Assembly (NCBI GenBank): GCA_964016885.1 | Contig: OZ024758.1 | Span: 28,892,001-28,956,000 of the forward strand | DNA: 64,000 nucleotides | From: Eledone cirrhosa | Lineage: Eukaryota | Direction of reading: 5' to 3' | Part shown: positions 12,560-23,817 of the stretch, one piece after another | Position numbering within the stretch: position 1 is the first letter of the stretch | Layout: the number at the start of each line of letters is the position of its first letter | Program-made: the position numbers and the translations under genes | Notes under the pieces: model-generated | The model's input: the letters and a program-made list of their open reading frames with translations, nothing else | Told to the model about the DNA's origin: nothing | Database searches by the model: none

Positions 12560-12722
12560 AATTGTTTCTACTTTTGGCACAAGGCCAGCAATTATCCCAG
12601 TACATTACTGGTACTCTATTTTATCGACCTCGTAAGGATGAAAGGCAAAGTGAACCTCGGCGAGATTTGAACTCAGACCGTAAAGCATGGCGTCCGACTC
12701 TCTACCGATACTGCCAATCCAC
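12560..12722 (-). mobile_element. SINE family B
   Basis: Reverse complement of the family B head, core and tail, with an internal deletion. Confidence 0.85.
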
Positions 12723-12838
12723 CTATACATAACGGAGGAGTTGCAGTAAGGGACCAGATGGACCATAACGCACCAGAGTACTCAATACTTAGGGTAGTAG
12801 AGTGGGTAATAGGAGAAAGTATATACATATATATATTC

Positions 12839-12973
12839 ATTAAAATAACAGATTAAAATTTTAAGCAAAGAATTGCTGCTTTCACCCTTAATGGGATCTT
12901 CTGATGTTTCAGAAGATCCCATTAAGGGTGAAAGCAGCGATTCTTTGCTTAAACTTTAATCTGTTATTTTAAT
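12839..12973. repeat. Near-perfect inverted repeat (~66-bp arms, 3-4-nt spacer); probable Penelope-like terminal remnant
   Basis: ATTAAAATAACAG...GGGATCTTCTGA / TCAGAAGATCCC...CTGTTATTTTAAT; each arm contains a degenerate hammerhead core. Confidence 0.85.
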
Positions 12974-13186
12974 AAATATTTGCTCTAGGGTTCTTATATA
13001 TTTGATATATATTTATCCTTATCGAGCCCTCTTTGGATTTTAGTCTTCACATTTATTATTATTACATATATATATATCCATACACACACACATACATATA
13101 TATACGTAAGTAGTTGACGGCCGAGAGAAAAGACTCAATACCAAAGAAGAGTTTAAGTATTCATTTTATTAAAGCTAAATAGTGAG

Positions 13187-13230
13187 TCTTGTTACTCTGG
13201 AGTTTCACCTCGCAGGATCATCAGACAAGA
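13187..13230 (-). ncRNA. Minimal type I hammerhead ribozyme motif
   Basis: UCUUGU-CUGAUGA-U-CCU(GCG)AGG-U-GAA-ACUC(CA)GAGU-A/ACAAGA: 6-bp stem I, both conserved core boxes, GUA cleavage triplet. Confidence 0.75.
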
Positions 13231-13262
13231 ACGTAGAATGAACATATATACATATGTATATG

Positions 13263-13297
<35 letters not shown>

Positions 13298-13588
13298 GGT
13301 GGGTGGGTGGAGACATGCCCCCAGATGCACCACACACACACACACATACACACACATATATACATATATCTACATGTCTGTGAGTATAAGGGTCTGAGAT
13401 TTAATATAAACATATTACAAAAATAGAAACTAATAAAGGGTTTTGTTTGGTAAGAGGAGGCTAAAAGGGAACTTTTTTTTATTTTTATTTTATTTTTTTT
13501 TTACTTTTCCTCCTCATCATCTGCTAACATGGAAAAAACAGGTTAAACTAATAACAAATTTTATGACACACATATCCTGTCTCCCTGA

Positions 13589-13660
13589 TTATCTGAACCA
13601 ATCCACTAGACTCATTCTGTGTTCTCTTTCAGCTTCTTCGGTGGGTTTTTTATTCACAAA
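13589..13660 (-). other. Candidate terminal coding exon of a minus-strand host gene
   Basis: Acceptor-like ATAATTTCTAG, then FVNKKPTEEAEREHRMSLVDWFR* in unique sequence, with AATAAA about 100 nt downstream. Protein not recognised. Confidence 0.3.
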
Positions 13661-13673
13661 CTAGAAATTATAA

Positions 13674-16272
13674 TACTTGCTACTGAGGTATGTCTCTTTA
13701 GATATGACATGGTCATATACTGTGGTGCTTGCTACAGAGGTATGTCCCTTCAGATATGACTGGTCATATACTGTGGTACTTGCTACTGAGGTATGTCTCT
13801 TTAGATATGACATGGTCATATACTGTGGTACTTGCTACTGAGGTATGTCTCTTTAGATATGACTGGTCATATATTGTGGTACTTGCTACTGAGGTATGTC
13901 TCTTTAGATATGACATGGTCATATATTATGGTATTTGCTACAGAGGTATGTCCCTTCAGATATGACTGGTCATATACTGTGGTACTTGCTACTGAGGTAT
14001 GTCTCTTTAGATATGACATGGTCATATATTATGGTACTTGCTACAGAGGTATGTCCCTTCAGATATGACTGGTCATATATTATGGTACTTGCTACTGAGG
14101 TATGTCTCTTTAGATATGACATGGTCATATATTATGGTACTTGCTACAGAGGTATGTCCCTTCAGATATGACTGGTCATATATTGTGGTACTAGCTACTG
14201 AGGTATGTCTCTTTAGATATGACATGGTCATATACTGTGGTACTTGCTACTGAGGTATGTCTCTTTAGATATGACATGGTCATATATTGTGGTACTTGCT
14301 ACTGAGGTATGTCTCTTTAGATATGACTGGTCATATACTGTGGTACTTGCTACAGAGGTATGTCCCTTCAGATATGACTGGTCATATACTGTGGTACTTG
14401 CTACTGAGGTATGTCTCTTTAGATATGACTGGTCATATATGATGGTACTTGCAACATAGGTATGTCTCTTTAGATATGACTGGTCATATATGATGGTACT
14501 TGCGACAGAGGTATGTCTCTTTAGATATGACTGGTCATATATGATGGTACTAGCTACAGAGGTATGTCTCTTTAGATATGACTGGTCATATATTATGGTA
14601 TTAGCTACAGAGATATGTCCCTTATATATGACTGGTCATATATTATGGTACTAGCTACAGAGGTATGTCCCTTATATATGACTGGTCATATATTGTGGTA
14701 CTTGCTACTGAGGTATGTCTCTTCAGATATGACTGGTCATATACTGTGGTACTTGCTACTGAGGTATGTCTCTTTAGATATGACTGGTCATATATTATGG
14801 TACTAGCTACTGAGGTATGTCCCTTCAGATATGACTGGTCATATATTATGGTACTAGCTACTGAGGTATGTCCCTTCAGATATGACTGGTCATATACAGT
14901 GGTGCTTGCTACTGAGGTATGTCTCTTTAGATATGACTGGTCATATACTATGGTACTAACTATAGATGTATGTCTCTTTAGATATGACTGGTCATATATT
15001 ATGGTACTAGCTACTGAGGTATGTCTCTTTAGATATGACTGGTCATATATTATGGTATTAGCTACTGAGGTATGTCTCTTTAGATATGACTAGTCATATA
15101 TTATGGTACTAGCTACAGATGTATGTCTCTTTAGATATGACTGGTCATATATTATGGTACTAGCTACAGAGGTATGTCTCTTTATATATGACTGGTCATA
15201 TATTATGTTACTAGCTACTGTGGTATGTCTCTTTAGATATGACTGGTCATATATTATGGTACTATCTACTGAGGTATGTCCCTTCAGATATGACTGGTCA
15301 TATATTATGGTACTTGCTACTGAGGTATGTCTCTTTAGATATGACTGGTCATATATTATGGTACTAGCTACAGAGGTATGTCCCTTCAGGTATGACTGGT
15401 CATATATTATGGTACTTGCTACTGAGGTATGTCTCTTTAGATATGACTGGTCATATACTGTGGTACTTGCTACTGAGGTATGTCCCTTCAGATATGACTG
15501 GTCATATATTATGGTACTTGCTACAGAGGTATGTCTCTTTAGATATGACTGGTCATATATTATGGTACTAGCTACATAGGTATGTCTCTTTAGATATGAC
15601 TGGTCATATATTATGGTACTTGCTACTGAGGTATGTCTCTTTAGATATGACTGGTCATATATTATGGTACTTGCTACATAGGTATGTCTCTTTAGATATG
15701 ACTGGTCATATATTATGGTACTAGCTACAGAGGTATGTCTCTTTAGATATGACTGGTCATATATTATGGTACTTGCTACTGAGGTATGTCTCTTTAGATA
15801 TGACATGGTCATATATTGTGGTACTTGCTACTGAGGTATGTCTCTTTAGATATGACTGGTCATATACTGTGGTACTTGCTACTGAGGTATGTCCCTTCAG
15901 ATATGACTGGTCATATACTGTGGTACTTGCTACTGAGGTATGTCCCTTCAGATATGACTGGTCATATATTATAATACTAGCTACTGAGGTATGTCTCTTT
16001 AGATATGACTGGTCATATATTATGGTACTTGCTACAGAGGTATGTCCCTTCAGATATGACTGGTCATATATTATGGTACTTGCTACAGAGGTATGTCTCT
16101 TTAGATATGACTGGTCATATATTATGGTACTTGCTACTGAGGTATGTCTCTTTAGATATGACTGGTCATATATGATGGTACTAGCTACAGAGACATGTCT
16201 CTTCAGATCTAAGTGGTCTTATATTGTATTACTAGCCAGAAAGACATCTGTCATCAGATATGGCTGGTCATA
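13674..16272. repeat. Tandem satellite, 51/52-bp unit, about 50 copies
   Basis: Unit TACTTGCTACTGAGGTATGTCTCTTTAGATATGACTGGTCATATACTGTGG; 17-aa periodicity in the ORF track; degenerates at the right end. Confidence 0.97.
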
Positions 16273-16349
16273 AATTAATCATTTCTGGAGATCAATGTTT
16301 ATTGTATGTTTTAACTTTATCAGTTGATTGTTTTTAAAACTAATTTATT

Positions 16350-16880
16350 CCCTATCTCTCCCTCCATCTCCCCAGCTCTGTCTCTCTCACCATCCCTTTC
16401 TCCCCCTCTTCCTCTCTTTCTCTCTCTCCCTTTCTCTCTCTCTCCCTTTCTCCCCCTCTTCCTCTCTCTCTCCCTGCATCTCTCCAGCTCTGTCTCTTGC
16501 CATCCCTTTCTCCCTCTCTCTCCCTTTCTCTATCTCTCTCTCTCTCTCTCTCCCTTTCTCTCTCTCTCCCTCTCACCTCATCTCTGTCTCTCACCATCCA
16601 TTTCTCCCCCTTTTCCCCTCTTTCTCTCTCTTTCTCTCTCTCTCTCCCTTTCTCTCTTGCTCTCTCCCTCTCCCTTTCTTTCCCTTTGTCTCTCTCTCTC
16701 TCCCTCTCACCTCATCTCTGTCTCTCACCATCCATTTCTCCCCCTCTTCCCCTCTTTCTCTCTCTCTCTCCCTTTCTCTCTCACCTTATCTCTGTCTCTC
16801 ACCATCCCTACACCTCCCTATATCTCTCTGCCCCTTTCTCCCCCTTCACCTCTCCCTATCTAGCCCCCCTCTCTCCAATG
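16350..16880. repeat. CT-rich low-complexity tract
   Basis: (CT)n/(CCCT)n with repeated TCTGTCTCTCACCATCC modules. Confidence 0.9.
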
Positions 16881-17154
16881 CTCTACATCACTAGTTATAT
16901 TATTTCCTACTGATGTTCCTCTCCAAGTAAAACATTCTTCCTCACGTTTCTTATATTATTCTATCAATGTCTGCCTCCAACATCACTCTACACCCACTGA
17001 TATTCTTTTATTCCTTTATTCTGTTTTTTTTTTACTAGTTTCAATCATTGGACACAGGCCATGCTGGAGCACTGCCTTGAAAGGTTTTAGGACTCCAGTA
17101 TCTATTTATTATCAATTTCTATTTGTCAAACCACCAAACAGCATTGTATGTCTC

Positions 17155-17201
17155 ACACATGGACACACACGCACTCCACACACGCACTCCACACACACAC
17201 T

Positions 17202-17286
<85 letters not shown>
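17155..17286. repeat. (CA)n microsatellite
   Basis: Direct reading. Confidence 0.97.
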
Positions 17287-17288
<2 letters not shown>

Positions 17289-17499
17289 GAATTTGAAATG
17301 TAGTTGTCCCAATGCTGTTGACTACAATAATAGTCAATCACTATAAATATTATAGTCAACTGCACTGGGATAACTACATTCTAAAATTCAAAATTTCCCA
17401 CTGCTTCTTAAGTCAGCTGTATGTGTATGTATGTGTATGTGTATGTATGTGTATGTGTATGTATGTGTATGTGTGCATATATTATATATATATATATAT

Positions 17500-17638
17500 C
17501 GGAATGAGTAGGACCCCAACGGCTGAGCTCAAGCCGTCGAAACGACTTGAGCTCGTTCCTATTACCCACTCTACTACCCTAAGTATTGAGTACTTTGGTG
17601 CGTTATGGTCCACCTGGTTCCTTATCACATTTCCTTCG

Positions 17639-17641
<3 letters not shown>
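17500..17641. mobile_element. Fragment of an unclassified dispersed repeat found only between (TA)n tracts (other pieces at ~12730-12820, 18508-18710, 31545-31600)
   Basis: Shared blocks GTACTCAATACTTAG..TAGTAGAGTGGGTAATAGGA and GAGCTCAAGCCG..CGA among the four loci. Confidence 0.6.
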
Positions 17642-17690
<49 letters not shown>

Positions 17691-17937
17691 GTTTAACAAT
17701 GTTCAATGAATTCATCAATGAATAAAGCTTCACAATATATATATATATATCGAAATATTCGATAAATATTCCGCTACGGACGACGCGAAGAGCTAGTTTT
17801 GGTTATTTGTCGGAGATTTCTTCATAGAAGCCTCATTCTTATAGCCTGGTCTATTCGATTTTTTATATAGTTAATTATGCTAATTGGGAGGGGAAATAGT
17901 ATATATTTTATCTTGTGATTCTATAGACATGTTTTAT

Positions 17938-17997
<60 letters not shown>

Positions 17998-18002
<5 letters not shown>

Positions 18003-18293
18003 TTGTGAGTTCAATTCTCAGACCGGGTAATGTGTTGTTTCCTTGAACAAGACACTTTATTTCACATTGCTCCAGTTTACTCAGCTGTAGAAATGAGATG
18101 ATAGGGACTGGGATCCATATCATCCCACTGCAAAGTGGTCGTGGAGGTGACACGGCAAAAAAGCACCCATCACTCACTGTAAATGAGGTTGGTGTTAGGA
18201 AGGGCATCCAGCTGTAGAAATCAAGCCAGAATCAGTTCCCGTCCCACCCTTGCAAGCAGGGAAAAGTGGACGTAAAATGAAATGATGATGATG
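17998..18293 (+). mobile_element. SINE family A, 5'-truncated
   Basis: B box through (GAT)n tail; matches 57967. Confidence 0.9.
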
Positions 18294-18507
18294 TATATAT
18301 ATATACACACATACACATGTAGGCCTTATATCCTTCACTATAGTGGTTCTCTATCTCTTGTAAATGATAACATAACCCTTTTTGTGTTTTCTTCTCTATA
18401 TACTGTATTATTGAGAGCCCAGTAATTTATTCCTTGAACTCATAAAATCACAGGAGATTAACACGAGTCTTTAACTCCGTTTTTTCAGTTGATATATATA
18501 TACATAT

Positions 18508-18709
18508 AACGAAGGAATTGTGGTAAGGAACCAAAGTAACGCACCAAAGTACTCAATACTTAGTATAGTAGAGTGGGTAATAGGAACAAGTATGACCCTG
18601 ACGGCAGAGCTCAAGCCGTTTCGACGACTATTTCTGGACTCAAATAGCCGTCGAGAAATAGCCATCGAAACGGCTTGAGCTCTGCCGTCGGGGTCATACT
18701 TGTTCCTAT
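18508..18709. repeat. (TA)n-associated repeat containing a ~54-bp-arm inverted repeat
   Basis: TAGGAACAAGTATGACCC..GCCGTTTCGACGACTATTTCT versus AGAAATAGCCATCGAAACGGC..GGGTCATACTTGTTCCTA. Confidence 0.8.
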
Positions 18710-18713
18710 ATAT

Positions 18714-18956
18714 ATCATCATCATCATTTTCATTTCATTTTATGTCTGCTTTTCCCTGCTTACAAGGGTGGGACGGGAACTGATTCTGGCTTGATTTCTA
18801 CAGCTGGATGCCCTTCCTAACACCAACCTCATTTACAGTGAGTGCTGGGTGCTTTTTTGCCGTGGCACCTCCATGACCACTTTGCAGTGGAATGATAGGG
18901 ACCCCAGTCCCTATCATCTCATTTCTACAGCTGAGTAAACTGGAGCAATATGAAAT
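18714..18956 (-). mobile_element. SINE family A, 5'-truncated
   Basis: Reverse complement of the family A body and short tail. Confidence 0.9.
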
Positions 18957-19097
18957 GAGAACCCACCCTTTATATTGTGTGGTTTTGTTCGTAGAACCAG
19001 AACCAGTTTTGGCTGGGTAGGTATCAAAAGATTTAACAAAGAAACATTGTGGAAAATTGGATAGCCCACCAAAATTTGTGAATATGCTTAATATATA

Positions 19098-20405
19098 CGA
19101 GGGGGGATCAAAAAGTTCGCGGAATATTTCAGAAAATATTCTATTTTTCAAAAAATATGATTTGCCTTCAATTTATTTTTCTACATAGTTGCCATCCAGG
19201 TCAATCCACTTGACAAGGCGATGCTTCCAGCTTCGTAAGCCGTCTCTAAAGAAAGTTGAAGGCCTTGTTCGAAGCCATGTGTTGGCAGTGTTTTTAGCTT
19301 CTTCAACACCACTAAAACGGGTTCCTTTTAGCATTTCTTTGAGTTTTGGAAAGAGGAAAAAGTCTGATGGGGCTAAATCTGAACTATAAGGCGGGTAAGG
19401 AAGCACTTCCCATCGAAATTCTCAAAGAACTTCTTTTGCAACCCACGCAGAATGCGCTGGTGCATTGTCATGGTGAAATAAGATCCCACCATGAAGTTTC
19501 CCTTTTCGTTTCTTGACTAATGCCTCTTTCAGCTTCCTTAAAACATTTGCATAGTAAGCTCCTGTCACAGTTCTTTGACTTTCAAGATAATCTATTAGTA
19601 TCACCCCATCTGAATCCCAGAAAATGGTGGCCATCACTTTTTGATCCGACTTTTGAGATTTGAACTTGATTGGCCCCGATGATCCACGTGGAAGCCACTG
19701 TTTTGACTGCTGTTTGGATTCAGGATTATACTGGTAGATCCAGGTTTCATCTCCGGTGATGATTCTGGTCAGGAAATGCTCTTCATCAACTTCAATTTTG
19801 TTTAATATCGCCAAAGACAGATCACTTCAAAGAATCAGCTGATCAGGGCGCAACGTTTTTGGGACCCATCGCGCTGAAAGCTTGCTTAGTCCCAAATTAT
19901 TGTGCAGAATTGAATTTGCCGAACCATATGAAATGTCTAGGGACTTAGTTAACTGATTAACTGTTATTCTTCGATCTTCTTCAATTAAAGTCTGAGCAGC
20001 CTCAACGTTTTGGTCATTGTTTGATGTTCCTGGTCTTCCACTGTGATGGTCGTCTTCAGGGTCGTCTCTCCCTTGTTTGAATCACTGAATCCATTTGTAG
20101 ACAGCAGTTTTCTTTGGAGCAGTAGTACTGTAAACTTTAACTAAAGCCTCCATAATCTGTGTCCCTTTCCATTTGAGTTTCACCAGAAACTTGATATTCG
20201 ATCTTATCTCAAAATAACTATTTTCCATTGTTCCAAAAAGAGGTTTTTTAAAGAGTGTCAGTACTGTACAATAGTCCACACATGACTGACTGCAAGTGAC
20301 TGCAAGGTAAACACCCAGTGACAATGTTCTGACATGTTTAGTATTGTATTAATCTATTTTTTTCTTACTACGAAAAAATTCCGCGAACTTTTTGATCCCC
20401 CCTCG
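19098..20405 (-). mobile_element. Full-length mariner (Tc1/mariner, DD34D) transposon, 1308 bp
   Basis: Perfect 28-bp TIRs CGAGGGGGGATCAAAAAGTTCGCGGAAT, a TA dinucleotide on both flanks, and an internal transposase frame. Confidence 0.97.
19173..20228 (-). pseudogene. Mariner transposase pseudogene (352 codons including the terminal stop, single frame, three internal TGA stops)
   Basis: MENSYFEIRSNIKF...WVPKTL...TGDETW...HHDNAPAH...YSSDLAPSDF with 34 residues between D2 and D3. Stops at 20082-84, 19827-29 and 19422-24. Confidence 0.95.
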
Positions 20406-20611
20406 TATATATATATATTAATAAAAAGGAATTCAAACTTTGTCTGATTTACTCGTTTTATTTACAATCCTTTAAAATTATAATGATATTATAATGAAAT
20501 AGTATGGTAGAATATTAAATGTTAAGTGTTAATTGAACAAGTACTGTCATGCTTTCGCAATCTTCAGGTTCATATTCAGTGGTGACAGTCAAGTTTGCAA
20601 TTTTCAACTGT

Positions 20612-21250
20612 CATATATATATCTATATCTATATATATATATCTATATATCTATCTATATATATATATATATATATATATCATCATCATCATCATCATTC
20701 TCTCTATATATATATCATCATCATCATTATATATATATGTATATATCATCATCATTCTCTATATATATATCATCATCATCATCATTATATATATATGTAT
20801 ATATCATCATCATCATTCTCTCTCTCTCTCTATATATATATCATCATCATCATCATCATTATATATATATGTATATATCATCATCATCATTCTCTCTCTC
20901 TATATATATATATATCATCATCATCATCATTATATATATATGTATATATCATCATCATCATCATCATTATATATATATGTATATATCATCATCATCATTC
21001 TCTCTCTCTATATATATATATATCATCATCATCATCATTATATATATATGTATATATCATCATCATCATCATCATTATATATATATGTATATATCATCAT
21101 CATCATTCTCTCTCTCTATATATATATATATCATCATCATCATCATTATATATATATGTATATATCATCATCATCATTCTCTCTCTCTCTCTATATATAT
21201 ATATCATCATCATCATCATTATATATATATGTATATATCATCATCATCAT

Positions 21251-21281
<31 letters not shown>

Positions 21282-21321
21282 CATCATCATTATATATATA
21301 TGTATATATCATCATCATCAT

Positions 21322-21352
<31 letters not shown>

Positions 21353-21432
21353 CATCATCATTATATATATATGTATATATCATCATCATCATCATTCTCT
21401 ATATATATATATATATATATATCATCATCATA
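20612..21432. repeat. Compound microsatellite (TA)n/(ATC)n/(CT)n with higher-order periodicity
   Basis: Recurring block TATATATATATGTATATATCATCATCATCATTCTCTCTC. Confidence 0.95.
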
Positions 21433-21494
21433 TTTTACGCTGCTTTACTTACTTTAGCTACTATGCTCTCGGAGCGCCCCTCCTCTGCTAATTA

Positions 21495-22250
21495 GGCAGC
21501 AGAAACTATCAACCACTTCTACAAATCCTACCTGGGATTGAAATAGGTGTGTATCACTGACACTCTTACTAACAATTTTCCCTGAATGTCTATTACATCC
21601 TGTTAGTCTGCCTGCTATCCCATAATGTGCATTATGTACACTGTATACAGTTCTACCTACTCCTTTGCCTTCTGTCCTACTTATTAACACTTTAGTTTTT
21701 GTTAAGGTTACTTTCACATCTTTTAATTCTGTTCTGTTTCTACAGTCGGAACTTATTTTCTAATTCTTCCACAGATTCAGCTATAAGAACCAGATCATCA
21801 GCATACAGACAAGCAGTCTTAATCTCCTCTGTTATGGCCTAGAAAACTATAATAAACAGAAGTGGGCTAAGGATCAAGCCCTGGTGCACTCCTACCTGTA
21901 ACCTAATCTCACTTTACTGTCAGCTCCTCTCTACATGGTTTCCACTGCTCTCACAAGCCATTCTTCTGCACCTAGTTTCCTTAAGGAGCACCAGATGACT
22001 GACTGGGGTACTCTGTTAAAGGCCTTTTCTAGATCAGTAAGCTAGATTTAGAGGCTTGCTTTTAGAGCTAGGAACTTCTCTTGTAGTTGTCTCACTAACA
22101 AGAAGGCATCTGTCGTACTCATTCTAGGTACAAAACCAGACTGCATTTCATCTAATCTGATTCTTTCCCTCAAAAGTTCCTGTCACTTTCATAACTTGAT
22201 CTGTTAGTTTTATGACCCTGTAGTTTTTCCTTTCTAGTGTATCACCATAT
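21495..22250 (-). mobile_element. Old, degenerate RTE LINE reverse-transcriptase fragment
   Basis: Minus strand gives IRLDEMQSGFVP..STTDAFLLVRQLQEKFLA, LEKAFNRVP, VGVHQG, LYADDLVLIAES and VEVVDSFC, homologous to the RT at 46008. Confidence 0.85.
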
Positions 22251-22306
22251 CCCGAAGAGTGTAGCTTAAAATCAATCTATGTAATATTAGCAAGTATATT
22301 GTCTTA

Positions 22307-23455
22307 TAATAATAATGAAATTATTGTGTACAGTGCTCAGGTGCGCTACAACTCATCAAAGGTGCATGTATAGTACATAGAATAATATACAAATGTCAGG
22401 GAAGTGAATAGTGTATGAGTCATGATATACATGTGTGCGTGTGTATGGAGGGGGAATATTAGGTGTAGTGTTGGCGAATCTCAGGAAGCATGGAGGTTTT
22501 AAAGGATGCAGTGTCTCAACAGCTAATAACTGATGCAGGTAGTTTGTTCCATACTTCAGCAACTGAGTGTGATGGGAGCTGTGCTGTTTTCTGACTTTGT
22601 TGGCATGCCCACGTGAGTTAGGCACATGGAAATCAAAAAGGTACTCAGGGTTGTTGTTGGCAAGATGGTTAATAATTTTGTGTGTATTTACCAAGTCAGT
22701 TGCCAGACGTCAGAGCTTCAATGTATCCATGCCCAGGGAAGCAAGGCATTCAGAGTATGGTAGATGCCTGATGGAGGGTATTTGCTTGGTTGCACGTCTT
22801 TGAACAGTTTCCAGGCAGCCAATGTTCTGAGCAAGATAGGGGTTCCAGATTGGTGATGCAAATTCTAAGTGTGGCCACACCATAGCCATGTACAGCCTTA
22901 AATAGATAGCTGGAGAGCGGCTGACAAAGGTCTTGCTGAGTGATGCTAAGACATCCTCTGCCTTCTTGACAATTTTAGAGACGTGCTTCATCCAACGCAA
23001 ATCACTACTGACAGTAGTAACGTTCACAAGAAGACTTCTTGATATTAGTGTTGTGGAGGGAGTATGTGGACGCTGGGTTTTTACGCCCAAAATGCATGGT
23101 GGTGCACTTGTCCACAGCTAGCTTGAGTTGCCAGTCTGTGATCCATTGTTGCATTGTGTCCAGGTCAGACTGCAAGCAAGATCTATAGTGTTTGGAATCT
23201 GTCCTTTTATCTCAAGGTACAGCTTGATGTCATCTGCATATTTCAGTACTGTGGCATTCTTTAAGTTGACATCTATGTTATTAATATATGCCACAAACAA
23301 AAGGGGGCCAAGAACAGATCCCTGTGGTACACCAGATGACATTTCATATGGTGAGGAATGCTGTCCCAGAAATGTGACTACCTCTCTTCGACTGAGAATG
23401 AAGGGCTTCAACCAGTTAAAAAGATCATCCTTCACACCCAGAGAGTTTTGCCATA
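22307..23455 (-). mobile_element. CR1-type LINE, 5'-truncated (RT C-terminal half, 3' UTR, (ATT)n tail)
   Basis: GVPQGSVLGPLLFVAYIN, YADDIKLY, LEFASPIWNPY and LETVQRRATK motifs, with stops and frameshifts. Confidence 0.9.
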
Positions 23456-23507
23456 AGTCTTTTGTGTGGCACAGAATCATTATATATATATATATACATA
23501 TATATAC

Positions 23508-23562
<55 letters not shown>

Positions 23563-23619
23563 CATGGAAAAGCGGACGTAAAAGGATGATGATGATGATG
23601 ATATACAAACAAATATACA

Positions 23620-23817
23620 CGAGGGTAGGTTAAAAAGTTCATAGGCTAACTATGAAGGAGTGATGCTAGAGCTGTGAAATCTTGTGTGCATTAATTTCAA
23701 CTCTTCTCATTAATAACTGCATAGTTTCTTTCCAGAGACTATGTTGAAAAATACACCTCATTTGGTCATTCCATGAGAGTATTTTGGTCAGCCTATGAAT
23801 TTTTCAGCCGACCCTCA
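23620..23817. mobile_element. Mariner-derived MITE (~200 bp)
   Basis: Imperfect ~31-bp TIRs CGAGGGTAGGTTAAAAAGTTCATAGGCTAAC / GTCAGCCTATGAATTTTTCAGCCGACCCTCA; TA on the right flank, CA on the left. Confidence 0.75.

Noticed and set aside
13674-16272. CRISPR-like array or repeat protein
   Set aside because: Units are contiguous with no unique spacers, there are no cas genes, the context is eukaryotic, and 52-bp variants and stops break the frames.
17775-17835. Degenerate hammerhead on the minus strand (ATGAAGA...AAAACTAGCTC)
   Set aside because: Both core boxes are mutated and no stem II can be drawn.
19173-20228. SETMAR-like domesticated gene or selenocysteine readthrough of the TGA codons
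   Set aside because: Intact TIRs and TA flanks, no SET domain, and the TGAs fall at probable Arg rather than Cys positions.
20520-20610. Minus-strand exon LKIANLTVTTEYEPEDCESM
   Set aside because: The acceptor lacks a pyrimidine tract and no good donor is present.
20533-21495. His/Ile/Tyr-rich ORFs in three frames
   Set aside because: Microsatellite translation.
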